From contig JAUSKK010000016.1 in assembly GCA_030649345.1 (NCBI GenBank), positions 4,541-68,540 of the forward strand: a stretch of DNA of 64,000 nucleotides, in the 5' to 3' direction. This stretch comes from Candidatus Iainarchaeum sp. (GTDB lineage: Archaea > Iainarchaeota > Iainarchaeia > Iainarchaeales > 0-14-0-20-34-12). Within the stretch, counting starts at the first letter, position 1. Each line of letters opens with the position of its first letter. Below the pieces are notes generated by a model. That model saw only the letters and a list, made by a program, of their open reading frames with translations, did not search any database and had not been told where the DNA came from. Shown here one piece after another: positions 37,267 to 47,700 of the stretch. The translations under genes and the position numbers were made by a program.

Positions 37267-38277
37267 ATGAAAAAATTACGAATTGCAATCAATGGTTTTG
37301 GAAGAATTGGACGATTATTTTATCGAATTGCTTTAGAACATCCAAATCTAGAAGTGGTTGCAGCCAATGATTTAGGTTTAACTCCTGTTCTGGCTAATTT
37401 ATTAAAATTTGATTCAGTTTACGGAAAATTCAATCATTCTATTTCAGTCCAAAACGAAACCATTCAAGTAGATCAACATTCAATTCAATTTTTTCACGAA
37501 CGCGATCCTGTAAATTTGCCTTGGAAAAATTTAGACATTGATTTAGTTTTGGACGCTACCAGTTTGTTTCGAAAACGAGAACAATTAGAACCTCACTTAA
37601 AAGCCGGAGCCAAAAAAGTACTCATTGCAGTGCCGCCCAAAGATGAAAGCATTCAACAAATTGTCTTATGTGCGAACAAACCAGTATACGATCCAAAAAA
37701 ACACGATATTGTAAGCATGGCTTCTTGTACTACCAATTCAGCAGTTCCTTTAGCTTTGGTTTTACACAAAGAATTTGGAATCGAAAAAGGATTCATTAAC
37801 ACTACGCATGCTGTAACCATGGATCAATCTTTACTGGATGCATCCAACAAAGATATGCGCCGGGCCAGAAATTCTATGTTGAATATTATTCCAACCAGTA
37901 CAGGTTCGGCCAAAGCAGTAGGAGTTGTTATTCCAGAACTTAAAGGAAAATTAAACGGAGTGGCTATGCGGGTGCCCATCAGTGCAGGATCGATTACAGA
38001 CTTAACCGTTAAATTATCTAAAGCAAGCACTGTTGAAGAAGTGAATCAAAAATTCAAGCACTATGCGCAAACTTCTTTGAAAGGCTTTTTAGAATACTCT
38101 GAAGAAGAATTGGTCAGCTCAGATATTGTTGGAAATTCAAATACGTGTATTTTTGACTCCAAACAAACCATGGTTATTGGAGATTTAGTGAAAGTCTTAG
38201 GCTGGTACGACAATGAATTTGGGTATGCCAGCAAACTAGCGGATTTTGCAGATTATATTTTAGAACAAGGTTTTTGA
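37267..38277 (+). CDS. gap: glyceraldehyde-3-phosphate dehydrogenase, type I (bacterial/eukaryotic type)
   Basis: NGFGRIGR NAD-binding motif. Catalytic SCTTN. Confidence 0.8.
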   Translation: MKKLRIAINGFGRIGRLFYRIALEHPNLEVVAANDLGLTPVLANLLKFDSVYGKFNHSISVQNETIQVDQHSIQFFHERDPVNLPWKNLDIDLVLDATSLFRKREQLEPHLKAGAKKVLIAVPPKDESIQQIVLCANKPVYDPKKHDIVSMASCTTNSAVPLALVLHKEFGIEKGFINTTHAVTMDQSLLDASNKDMRRARNSMLNIIPTSTGSAKAVGVVIPELKGKLNGVAMRVPISAGSITDLTVKLSKASTVEEVNQKFKHYAQTSLKGFLEYSEEELVSSDIVGNSNTCIFDSKQTMVIGDLVKVLGWYDNEFGYASKLADFADYILEQGF

Positions 38278-38278
38278 A

Positions 38279-39505
38279 ATGCATGATTACGAAAAATTGC
38301 CTTACATTAATGGACAAGATTTAACTGGAAAAACTGTTCTAGTTCGAGTTGACTTAAACACCAGTGTCCAAAATGGAAAAATTACTTTAAGTCCAAGATT
38401 ATTCGAGCACAGCAATACTTTAGAAGATTTATCGGACCGCAATGCTAAAGTTGTAGCTGTAAGCCATCAAGGAAGAAAAGACAGAGATGATTTTGTTTCC
38501 TTAGAACAACATGCTGAAGTCTTAGAACATTTAACTGGAAAACATGTACAATTTTGTTCCTGGGATGATGACTATATTTCCAAAATTAAAGAACTTAAAA
38601 ACGGAAATATTTTGGTTTTAGACAACACACGTTTTTTAGATTACGAAACTCAAGAACTAAGCGCAGAAGAACATGCTGAAAATCCTAAAGTTAAAGAATT
38701 AGCCAAAGTATGCGATATGTTTGTTTTAGATACTCTAAGTGTAGCGCATAGATCTCATGCTTTGGTGGTAGGTTTAATGCCGTTATTGCCGAGTTTTATT
38801 GGTCCAGTTTTAAGAAAAGAATTAAAGGCTTTGAAAAAAATTGTGACAGCCGATCATGGTTCTGTTTTAATTTTAGGCGGAGCCAAAGTAGAAGAATCTT
38901 TGGAAGCCATGAAAAAAATGTTAACTGCGGAAAAGGTTGACTTAGTTTTATTGGGTGGAATTCCAGGCGAGCTTGCAATCATTGCAAAAGGAGAAAATTT
39001 AGGAAAAAAACAACACTGGCTTCAAGAAAAAGGATACATTCAATTCGTGCCTTTGCTGAAAGAATTTTTAGAACGCTACGAAGATCGTATATTAATTCCG
39101 GTTGATTTTGCAGTTGAACGAAATTTGCGCAGAAAAGAAATTTCTTTAGCTGAATTACCCATGCATGAAACCATCTATGATATCGGAGAAGTCACAGCAC
39201 AAATGTATGCCTCCAAATTAGAAAATGCAAAACTCGTAATTTTTAACGGGCCAGTTGGAGTATTTGAAAAATATCAATTTTCGTATGGCACCAGAAAACT
39301 TTTGTCAGCTTTAGCAGACTCTCGTGCCTTTTCTGTAATTGGCGGAGGAGATACTTTGACTGCCATTTCTTCTTTGGGTTTTAAAGAACGAGAATTTTCT
39401 CACACCAGTTTAGCTGGAAAAGCTTTGCTGGATTTCTTGGCAGGAAACAAAGTAGCTGCCTTGGCTGCTATTGAAAAATATGCACCGAAAGTTGAAATAA
39501 AATAA
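38279..39505 (+). CDS. pgk: phosphoglycerate kinase
   Basis: LVRVDLN N-terminal motif. About 408 aa. Confidence 0.75.
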   Translation: MHDYEKLPYINGQDLTGKTVLVRVDLNTSVQNGKITLSPRLFEHSNTLEDLSDRNAKVVAVSHQGRKDRDDFVSLEQHAEVLEHLTGKHVQFCSWDDDYISKIKELKNGNILVLDNTRFLDYETQELSAEEHAENPKVKELAKVCDMFVLDTLSVAHRSHALVVGLMPLLPSFIGPVLRKELKALKKIVTADHGSVLILGGAKVEESLEAMKKMLTAEKVDLVLLGGIPGELAIIAKGENLGKKQHWLQEKGYIQFVPLLKEFLERYEDRILIPVDFAVERNLRRKEISLAELPMHETIYDIGEVTAQMYASKLENAKLVIFNGPVGVFEKYQFSYGTRKLLSALADSRAFSVIGGGDTLTAISSLGFKEREFSHTSLAGKALLDFLAGNKVAALAAIEKYAPKVEIK

Positions 39506-39520
39506 TTATTTTTTTAACAT

Positions 39521-40339
39521 TTAGTCGTACGCACTTATTAATTCACTGATGAGACTTTTTGCTTGGTCTAAAGTACAATAACTGGATGCTGGAGTATTTT
39601 GATAGTTTACAGTTCCTGCATTTTGGTTACTGGTTACATTCGTTTTTCCATGAGAATCATGATACTCGTAGACATACCCATTTTTTAGAAGAACAACTAT
39701 GTCATAAGCAAAATCATCAATATTTTCTCTGTTGCTGCCAACTGCATTGGAAGTATTAATATACTCTGCAAAAGCAGCTTGTCCAAGATCTGAAATGGGA
39801 ACAACTGTTCGCTGTGTAGTTTTTTCATATTCCATATCTTCATTAAATTGAGCCAAAGTAGATTTACTAAGCATACCGTTCTGAGCACCAAAAGATATGT
39901 CAAAGCTAAATTCATCTCCAATAATCGTCATGCATGATCCATCGCTTCCAACATTCCTGCGATTCCCTTCTGTACTGGGACAAGATATATTTCCTGTTAT
40001 AGTACAATATCTTTTGACTAAATCTGCATTAAGACAAATTGTGCCTGGAGTGGCAATTTCGCTAGTGCAACTGTATTTTGAAGGTTCAATTGCAGAATCA
40101 ACAGTAGCTGCTGTTTCAGATGAAGCTGTATTGGTATTTGTTTGGCTAATTGAATTCTGTGAACTTCCAGTTTCATTTGTTGAAGTTGTCTGCGTGTCTG
40201 ATTGTGTGCATCCAGTTAAGACTGCAAGAACTAAAATTAAAATACCAATTTTCAGTTTTAATTGCATGTGATCTAATAAGAATCTTATTCTTTTTAAATC
40301 TTTCAGTTGAAAATGGACTTGTTTAATATCCAATTGCAT
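39521..40339 (-). CDS. secreted Ser/Thr-rich protein, lipoprotein-like signal (LAVLTGC)
   Basis: Hydrophobic leader followed by a Cys lipobox-like motif. Likely start at the internal Met (MQLKLKIGILILV). Confidence 0.45.
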   Translation of the reverse strand: MQLDIKQVHFQLKDLKRIRFLLDHMQLKLKIGILILVLAVLTGCTQSDTQTTSTNETGSSQNSISQTNTNTASSETAATVDSAIEPSKYSCTSEIATPGTICLNADLVKRYCTITGNISCPSTEGNRRNVGSDGSCMTIIGDEFSFDISFGAQNGMLSKSTLAQFNEDMEYEKTTQRTVVPISDLGQAAFAEYINTSNAVGSNRENIDDFAYDIVVLLKNGYVYEYHDSHGKTNVTSNQNAGTVNYQNTPASSYCTLDQAKSLISELISAYD

Positions 40340-40359
40340 CAGCTGTTGACTTGTGCATT

Positions 40360-40641
40360 TTATTTGACTTCAACACCAAACTTTGTTTTCAAAGCATCAA
40401 TTAAATCTCGGACTTGTACTCCATTGGTTCTAGCAATTGCTTTAACTCTGCCTAAATTAATTATACGTAAATCGCCTTTCACACTTTTCACTAAATTGGT
40501 GGCAGTTATAGCAACCTGAGAAGCGTACCGTTTGGGCACCCGATTCGCTCTGAGTTTCTTTACATCCAAGTGACGTGTAGTTCTTTTGGGTGTCAGCACT
40601 GGCTTTCCTTTAGGTCGAACTCTTCCAGCAGGCATATACAT
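40360..40641 (-). CDS. small basic nucleic-acid-binding-like protein
   Basis: ORF track. Lys/Arg-rich N-terminus. Confidence 0.35.
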   Translation of the reverse strand: MYMPAGRVRPKGKPVLTPKRTTRHLDVKKLRANRVPKRYASQVAITATNLVKSVKGDLRIINLGRVKAIARTNGVQVRDLIDALKTKFGVEVK

Positions 40642-40645
40642 TTAG

Positions 40646-41827
40646 TTGTTCAGGTTCCCTAATATACTTATGTCTAAAGAACAAAACTTAGTTCCGGCTT
40701 TAGAAATTCCGAATATTACTTTGGCTTTCTTGGTTCAAGAACTCCAGCCTCAATTATTGAATGCCTATGTCAACAAAATCCAACAAATGTCCAATCAAAT
40801 TCTTAAATTCAAAATTCACACAAAAACCGGAGATCGCACTTTATTAATTACATCCAATTCAATTTACTTTACCAATTATTCTACGCAAGCTAAACCCAAT
40901 CCTACTTCATTTGCTTCTTTTTTAAACAAACACTTGTACAATGAACGCATTTTAAAATTTGAACAAATAACCAGCGAACGAATTATTGTACTTGAATTTC
41001 GTTCCTGTAAATTATATTGTGAATTGTTTGCGCAAGGAAACATTATTCTCACCGATTTAAACAATCAAATTTTGATGCCATTCAAACCCAAATCTTGGAG
41101 TGTACGTACTCTCCGAAAAGGAGAAACCTATCAATTGCCTCCAGCCCGCGGTTCCAATCCATTTACTGTTTCTGTCCAAGAATTTTCCAAAGCCATTCAA
41201 GCCAGTCCTAAAAATTTAGTTCAATCTTTAATTGCAACTGTCAATTTAGCTCCCGTAATTGCTGAACAAATTTGTGCGGATATAAAACTCGAAAAAACAA
41301 TTCAACCCAATACTTTGACTTCCAAACAAATTCAATCCTTATTTCATCAACTGCAATTTTATTACATCCAATCTTTGCAAAAAATACCCCAACCCAGCTT
41401 ATTGGAAAACCCAACTAAAACTATTCTTTTACCTTATTCTTTGCCTTTACACGTTCAATTTGTATCCAAAGAATACACTTCTTTTACAGAAGCCTTGGAT
41501 GAACTTAATTTAGGAAAAATTACTCAATCCAATCCTCAAGAAGTTGAAGAACAAAAAACTCAAACCAAAAAATTTTCAGAATTAGAATATTCCATTCAAC
41601 AACAGCATGTTTTATTCAAAGAATGCGAAGAAAATGCTGTTCTGTATGCTCAATTGGGCGAAAAAATTTATGAAAATTATTCAGCTTTGTCTGAAGTAAT
41701 TTTATGGATTCAAGAAAATACAAACCCGAAAATAAATTCCCCTGAAATTCTTGAAAAACTTAAGCAAAAATTTCCATTCATTCAAGAAATGGATCTCCGA
41801 AAAAAAGAATTAATTGTGGATCTATGA
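40646..41827 (+). CDS. NFACT-N domain protein (Rqc2/NEMF/FbpA family homolog, short form)
   Basis: N-terminal pattern typical of NFACT-N: ...DRTLLITSNSIYFT...PTSFASFLNKHLYNERILKFEQITSERIIVLEF. Confidence 0.5.
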   Translation: MFRFPNILMSKEQNLVPALEIPNITLAFLVQELQPQLLNAYVNKIQQMSNQILKFKIHTKTGDRTLLITSNSIYFTNYSTQAKPNPTSFASFLNKHLYNERILKFEQITSERIIVLEFRSCKLYCELFAQGNIILTDLNNQILMPFKPKSWSVRTLRKGETYQLPPARGSNPFTVSVQEFSKAIQASPKNLVQSLIATVNLAPVIAEQICADIKLEKTIQPNTLTSKQIQSLFHQLQFYYIQSLQKIPQPSLLENPTKTILLPYSLPLHVQFVSKEYTSFTEALDELNLGKITQSNPQEVEEQKTQTKKFSELEYSIQQQHVLFKECEENAVLYAQLGEKIYENYSALSEVILWIQENTNPKINSPEILEKLKQKFPFIQEMDLRKKELIVDL

Positions 41828-41900
41828 AATAAACTATTTTATTTTAAAATAATATTATTCCTAAAAAAATTATTGAAATGAACCAAAATTAAATTTGAAT

Positions 41901-41936
41901 TCAATATGTTGAATATTAACATTCAACATATTGAAC
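41901..41936. promoter_or_regulatory. 15-bp perfect inverted repeat with 6-bp spacer between convergent genes
   Basis: ttcaatatgttgaat-attaac-attcaacatattgaa. Confidence 0.5.
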
Positions 41937-41955
41937 TATGCAAGCCTTTGTATAT

Positions 41956-42222
41956 TTACTCTAAAGGACCAGCTAATTCTCGTTCATCTACAATAAAAAC
42001 ATCGCTTACTGCTGTGACAGCCGAGTAAGGTACTTCAATGGTTTTATCTCTTGGCTGAATTTTTTTCACAATCTTACTGGTGCGATCTACTTCAATTAAA
42101 AGTTTTTCAATTTCACCGGTTTTTTCGTTAATTAATAAATCGGTTAATCTTCCCAATTCATCGCCCCTATTGGTTATGACTCTTTTTGCAGCTAATTGTC
42201 TTGCAATCGTATATTTGTACAT
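41956..42222 (-). CDS. PRC-barrel domain protein
   Basis: 88 aa, small beta-barrel pattern (GDELGRLTDLLINEKTGEIEKLLIEV). Confidence 0.45.
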   Translation of the reverse strand: MYKYTIARQLAAKRVITNRGDELGRLTDLLINEKTGEIEKLLIEVDRTSKIVKKIQPRDKTIEVPYSAVTAVSDVFIVDERELAGPLE

Positions 42223-42303
42223 TGCTTCACCCCAATATCTAGAAAGAATCTTCTTTTTATAAACTTTTCTATCTTTGCTTCTACATAAGAACCAGGGATT
42301 GAT

Positions 42304-42654
42304 TTGGCTAAAGATTTAAGTGCAAAAGAAGGCTTTCCGCCTGTTAAAGAAAAAAAGCCTTCAAACCCTAAAGGTTTCCAAAAATACCTAGTTATGTTTG
42401 TAGTGTTTTTTGCAATAGGTATTGCAGTTCAACACTTTGTAATTGAACCTATTTTAAATCCCCAACTATGGCAAGAATTGGATCAATTAAAACGAGATAA
42501 AGCCTTATTGAATGCAGAAAACAATTCTTGTCTTTCCGAAAAAGCTTTAACCTCTAACCAAGATCAAACCTGCCAAACTGAATTAAATGCCTGCAATGAA
42601 CAAAGATTGCAAGTTCAGCAAGAATTAACGGATTGTACGCTCAATTCGCAATAA
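42304..42654 (+). CDS. small membrane-anchored coiled-coil protein
   Basis: One TM helix (YLVMFVVFFAIGIAV). Confidence 0.35.
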   Translation: MAKDLSAKEGFPPVKEKKPSNPKGFQKYLVMFVVFFAIGIAVQHFVIEPILNPQLWQELDQLKRDKALLNAENNSCLSEKALTSNQDQTCQTELNACNEQRLQVQQELTDCTLNSQ

Positions 42655-42693
42655 CCAGCTTGTTTAAAAATTTTCTCTAGCCTAATTCTTTTA

Positions 42694-45600
42694 ATGGCTA
42701 AGAGAGTTGCGTTGCGCACAGTTCTATGCATAGCATTATTTTTCTTTAGCTTAGGCTGTTTGGACCAAAAAAATTTTGCAAAAAACCAACAGCTCTGTTA
42801 CCAAGTGTCTGTTCTATCTTCACCCAATATTCCTTCATGCACTTCCCAATCTGCTTGTTTTGAAAAAGTTAATTCTTCTATTTTAAACTTTGATTACTCT
42901 GCATTTGATTTACAAATTACTCAAAAATTTTTTGAATACAAAAACCAGCTGGCTTTATCTTGGCATTATTTTAATCAATCCAAAAACGAATTTGAAAAAC
43001 TTCAAACCCTGTGCCAATCTGCAGACTTTCAATCTCTGCCAGAACAATTAACTCAAATTAGTTTTTACTTAAATCAAGCATTTGAATCTGCCTTGAAAAC
43101 CAATCGCATTTCTTTTGAAATCATTGCCTTGGAAGCATTCCTTTTAGAACAACAACACATTGACTTAATTCCAGAAAGCAACCTGCACATACACTACACT
43201 ATTTTATTGGATAATTTAAATCAAGCTCATTCTCAAATAATTATTCCCAATTCCTATTACCAAAATTATTCGCAAGCCCTTCAAGAGTTTGAAAATTTTG
43301 CACAACTCCAAGGCTTCCAATCTTTTATTGCAGAACCTGTTACTTTTTTAGATTTATTCCATATTTCGAGTCAGCGTTTTCCCAGTAAACTAAATTCTGA
43401 AGAACCTTTCTTTTTTCCAACTCTTAAAACATATGTTCCAAAAGTGTTCAATTTTGCCTATCAATCCCAGCGCATTCAGGATTCAACTACTTTCCTTCAG
43501 CAGCTTCAATCCTTTGATTTAATTCAAAAATATTCACAAATCGCAGCAGTCCAAAATTCTGTGCCCTCCCAGTTTTCAATTCTTTTTTCCACTCTGGCGT
43601 ATGAAAAATCTTTTACAATTTCGCAAAATCAAACTCAGTTTAAAATTCTCCAAACTAAATTAAACGGTCTTGAACTGCGCTGGCAGTCGTTTCAAGAACT
43701 AGACTTTAATCGAACATTTCCTGTTCTGTTTTCCTCCATAAATTCAAAATTGATTCAGCTCCAAGACAAAATTATGCGAAAACGAATTACTTTCGGTGAA
43801 GCTTCCAAAATTATTTCCAATTTATCCAGTAATCTTTCCGGAATAGATCAAAAACTTTCTTTTTGGTCTTCCGCGATCCAACAAGAACTTTCCAATTGTT
43901 CGGAGATTCCCAAAAATGTTTCGCTTAAAGAAAAACTTTGGATTTGCAGAAATCCACCCAAACCTTTGCTGGAAGTGTCTAAACAATCTATGCATTGCTT
44001 AAACGATTGGAATTTACTGCAAAACATTGACTGGATTCAACGCAAACTTGATTTAGATTTCAAAACAATTTCCTATTCTGGCTGTCCGCAAACACTTTTT
44101 TTGCGTTTAACTCAAATTCATTCTTGGCCGGAAATTCAAAATCTACTTTTAATTCGAACAGAATTTTTAACCTTATTAGAACAAACGCAACCACTCCGGC
44201 CTTTTCTTTCGGAAACACTGCGTATGCGATTTCAAGCACTTGAAAAAAAAACTTCAGAATTTGAAGTTAATTTTTTTGAAAATAAAATTTCCATTCAAGG
44301 TCTTCAAATTTTTTCAACACTTCCTTCTCTTCTGTTGAAACTCCACCAAGAACTTTTAGATTTGTCTGCAGAAAGTTTAGCATACTATTTTTCTCAAAAT
44401 CCAATCTTGGAATTTTCTCCAACATACACTCAAGGTAAACTTAAATTTGAAAACTCTTTTTTTGATTTAAATTATCCAGTTCAATTTTCCATTCCTTGGC
44501 CTTTGTCCATTTTAGATTTAGATTTAAATTCTATGAATTCCAGTAAAATTCAAATCAGCAAAGATCATTCTAAAATTACGTTTATTTTTCCCCAAATTTC
44601 CATGGGAACGTTATCCATTCCTTTTTTTGGAAATACGTCAGCATTTTTTTCCGAAAATGTGTCTTTTTTGAAAATAACTTCAGAAGAACTCTTGATGAAA
44701 AATCAATTAAAAATCCATCAAACCATTCAGCCAGCTAATTTTTTGGTTGCACTTTCCAATTTTGATTTATCCATAAATCAAGTATTTGTTTTCTTTAATC
44801 AATCCAGTATTCCAGCTTACGCTGAAAATAATTCTTTAAAATTTTCACTTCCAGTGGTTTCTGCTCAAGATACTTTAGAAATCTTATATTCTTTAAATCA
44901 GCCAATACTCGTAACTATTCAATCGCAACAAAACATTCCGGAAAATACCCCAAAGTTTACTCAAATTTTGACTTTTTCTGTTCAAAACAAAAGTTCTACT
45001 GAATTTTCGAATATTCAAATTACTCTGCCATTTTCTTCCAATCCGTTCATTGAATCCATTTCTGCTTTTTCTGAAAACGAAAAAATTCCAGTGCAAATGC
45101 ATTCAGATAGTCTTTCCATTATTTTTCCAAAACTTTATCCTAAAGCGCAAGCTGTTTTTTCTGTAAATTTGGACATCGAAAACCGTTCTCAATTTTTTCA
45201 AGCACGCATAACTGAACTCGAAGAAAAATCACTCCAGCTTCAAAATCCAGAAATGTATTCTATGCAAATACTGGCATTTAAACAAAAACAAGGATTGTCT
45301 GAAGATTTTGACCAATTATTGGCATTGGAAAAACAAATTCAAATTTCTCTGGAAACCGAAATTAAAAATCAAGAATTTTTAGATCAATTTCGTTTTAAAG
45401 AAAATTTGTTTTTAATCCAGCAAAAAAATTTGACTCATGACTTTAATTTACTGAACCAGTCTTTACCGATTGAGTTTCAGCAAGCTCAGCAATTCTATCA
45501 AGACGCACGCTCCAGTTTAAATTCTGATCCAGTTCAATCTATGCGCTGGCTAACCCAAGCTCAAATAACTTTAAATAAAATAAATTTTGAAACCTACTTT

Positions 45601-46503
45601 AAGTCAACTCAGCAGGTATTGGAAGAAAAATTTCTGGAATTAAAACAAGTCCACGAATTTCTTGCAAGTCTGAATATTTTAGATTCCAGTGAAACAACAT
45701 TGTTTTTTTCTCTTCAAGACAAAATCCAATTCATTTCTTCTGTTCAAATCATTCAATCTTCTTTTTACGATGTATTTAAAGAATTTTTTTCCAACTCTCA
45801 AGACTTGAATTTAACCCAAATACGTTTGCTGAAAACAGCTCAAGCTCATGCTGGGACTGAAATTAAAAAATTTCGTACTCTGCTGGAGTTTCCAGAATTA
45901 CCTAAACTTAAAGCAGAACTGGAAGCTGTTCAGTCTCATTCTTGGTTGTCGGATTATTATTTTCCTTTGTTAACTCTTAAAGATTTAGATTTAATGCAAA
46001 CCACTATAGACAAAATTATTCAAAGTTCTTTGTTTTCCAAATTGGAATCTTTTGAAAATGATCTTGAAACCAATATGCTGCAAGCCTTGAAAGCTTTTCA
46101 TAAAATTGAACCAGAATTAATTCAAAAAATTCAATTAATGGAGTCATTTCAATTTTCGCTGCGTTCTTTTTCTGCAGAATTGCAAAAAGACGCTATGCTT
46201 TTTTATGAAAAAGCTCAAGCAACAGGATTAGATACTGCTGAATTCAAAACTGCTTTAGATAAAGCCAAACGCTTAATTGAAAATAAAAATTACTTGAAAT
46301 CTATTTCCATTACAGGTTTACTAACTACAGTTCCATCTTCTTCTGTTTTTCCCATTCATTGGGTTTTATTATTTTGCGTTTTATTGATTACCTCATTTTT
46401 AGGATATAAAAAAATAACGCAACCCAAACTTAAAAAAAGAAAACGCAAATTGCGTTCTTTACTTTCGAGTCCAAAGAACAATCAAGATAGCCAAAGCCAC
46501 TAA
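42694..46503 (+). CDS. large (1269 aa) surface protein with N-terminal signal peptide and C-terminal TM anchor plus basic tail
   Basis: Signal peptide (LCIALFFFSLGC). C-terminus is VLLFCVLLITSFLGYKKITQPKLKKRKRK. Confidence 0.55.
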   Translation: MAKRVALRTVLCIALFFFSLGCLDQKNFAKNQQLCYQVSVLSSPNIPSCTSQSACFEKVNSSILNFDYSAFDLQITQKFFEYKNQLALSWHYFNQSKNEFEKLQTLCQSADFQSLPEQLTQISFYLNQAFESALKTNRISFEIIALEAFLLEQQHIDLIPESNLHIHYTILLDNLNQAHSQIIIPNSYYQNYSQALQEFENFAQLQGFQSFIAEPVTFLDLFHISSQRFPSKLNSEEPFFFPTLKTYVPKVFNFAYQSQRIQDSTTFLQQLQSFDLIQKYSQIAAVQNSVPSQFSILFSTLAYEKSFTISQNQTQFKILQTKLNGLELRWQSFQELDFNRTFPVLFSSINSKLIQLQDKIMRKRITFGEASKIISNLSSNLSGIDQKLSFWSSAIQQELSNCSEIPKNVSLKEKLWICRNPPKPLLEVSKQSMHCLNDWNLLQNIDWIQRKLDLDFKTISYSGCPQTLFLRLTQIHSWPEIQNLLLIRTEFLTLLEQTQPLRPFLSETLRMRFQALEKKTSEFEVNFFENKISIQGLQIFSTLPSLLLKLHQELLDLSAESLAYYFSQNPILEFSPTYTQGKLKFENSFFDLNYPVQFSIPWPLSILDLDLNSMNSSKIQISKDHSKITFIFPQISMGTLSIPFFGNTSAFFSENVSFLKITSEELLMKNQLKIHQTIQPANFLVALSNFDLSINQVFVFFNQSSIPAYAENNSLKFSLPVVSAQDTLEILYSLNQPILVTIQSQQNIPENTPKFTQILTFSVQNKSSTEFSNIQITLPFSSNPFIESISAFSENEKIPVQMHSDSLSIIFPKLYPKAQAVFSVNLDIENRSQFFQARITELEEKSLQLQNPEMYSMQILAFKQKQGLSEDFDQLLALEKQIQISLETEIKNQEFLDQFRFKENLFLIQQKNLTHDFNLLNQSLPIEFQQAQQFYQDARSSLNSDPVQSMRWLTQAQITLNKINFETYFKSTQQVLEEKFLELKQVHEFLASLNILDSSETTLFFSLQDKIQFISSVQIIQSSFYDVFKEFFSNSQDLNLTQIRLLKTAQAHAGTEIKKFRTLLEFPELPKLKAELEAVQSHSWLSDYYFPLLTLKDLDLMQTTIDKIIQSSLFSKLESFENDLETNMLQALKAFHKIEPELIQKIQLMESFQFSLRSFSAELQKDAMLFYEKAQATGLDTAEFKTALDKAKRLIENKNYLKSISITGLLTTVPSSSVFPIHWVLLFCVLLITSFLGYKKITQPKLKKRKRKLRSLLSSPKNNQDSQSH

Positions 46504-47679
46504 ACCCAAAATTGCACCCTGCATTAATAAAAGAGCTGTGGTATTTTCTCGGAATCCAATGCTTACTGGTTCACAGGCCGCTAAAACTTTCTCGTTTTCA
46601 GTAATTTGGCAGCCTACTTGATAGTTTCCAGTTTGAGTACTGCTGGCTGTGAATACAATTTCTTTTTCTTCGCCTACATTCATGCGGTTAATATTCACTA
46701 TTGCATTCCGATCCAATTTTAAATTTTCGTTGTCTTGAATTAATTCAAATTTTAAATCAAATAAAGGCTGGGTTGAATTGTTTCGAATAACTGCTTTAAT
46801 TTCTGTATTTTCTGAAGTATTTAAAACTGCCTGCGTAACCAGCAGTCCGGAAGTTACTTCTATTTTTTCCACAATTTGCAATAAAATATAATTGGAATGC
46901 AATTCTTGCTGTTCTTCAAACACATTGGTGTACAATAAAATAGCTGGAACAAATCCAATCAAATCATGCTGAGAATTTAATTTGGCAGTATACGTAAATG
47001 TTTTGCTTCCTTTAGCTGGAATCACTGCGTTTTCATAATACGTGTCTCCAACCACAGTTAAATCATGCAAGTATTCTTCAGCTACTGGTCGTGCAAAATT
47101 TACGTCTACAACAGCATCCTGGCTGCCTGTATTGGTTACTGTAATTTCAATAGGAATATCTTCTCCCACAAAATACTTTCCATTTTCTGTACTTTGCGTA
47201 AAATTCACAGTTTGAATAATGGGTGTTTTATAAAATCCAATTTTTGAAGACTCCAATAAAACAGCTTTCGTAATACTGTCGCTGGTGCTCAAACATATTT
47301 CTAAAGTATTTTCTTCTTGAATTGCGTTTTGGTCTGCCCAAACTCTTAAAGTACAAGCTGAATCTTCGGAACAATTCATTAATTCGTTGCTGGTTTGTAC
47401 ATTCATTAATTCAATATTATTTAATTTTACTTTTATTGTTCCAGTTCCTTGACGGGTTGGAGTAAATACTGTATTCAAAGAAAATACAGGATAAAAATCC
47501 GCGTCCAAATTTTGACTTAAAAAAGAAACTTCCAAACAATCGGAAAGATTTTTTCCATCGATCACTAAATCAGAATATCCTTTTTCTTCAAATGAAGTTT
47601 CAGAAAAATCAATCTGAGCACTAACCAGGCCACTTAAACTAATTAAACATAACAAAAAAACAATAAATTTTCTATTCAT
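46459..47679 (-). CDS. secreted surface protein with C-terminal TM anchor
   Basis: Signal peptide (LLCLISLSGLVSA|Q). C-terminus is ILGLVALAILIVLWTRK. Confidence 0.5.
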   Translation of the reverse strand: MNRKFIVFLLCLISLSGLVSAQIDFSETSFEEKGYSDLVIDGKNLSDCLEVSFLSQNLDADFYPVFSLNTVFTPTRQGTGTIKVKLNNIELMNVQTSNELMNCSEDSACTLRVWADQNAIQEENTLEICLSTSDSITKAVLLESSKIGFYKTPIIQTVNFTQSTENGKYFVGEDIPIEITVTNTGSQDAVVDVNFARPVAEEYLHDLTVVGDTYYENAVIPAKGSKTFTYTAKLNSQHDLIGFVPAILLYTNVFEEQQELHSNYILLQIVEKIEVTSGLLVTQAVLNTSENTEIKAVIRNNSTQPLFDLKFELIQDNENLKLDRNAIVNINRMNVGEEKEIVFTASSTQTGNYQVGCQITENEKVLAACEPVSIGFRENTTALLLMQGAILGLVALAILIVLWTRK

Positions 47680-47700
47680 TCTAAATTGCCCCTTGGAATT

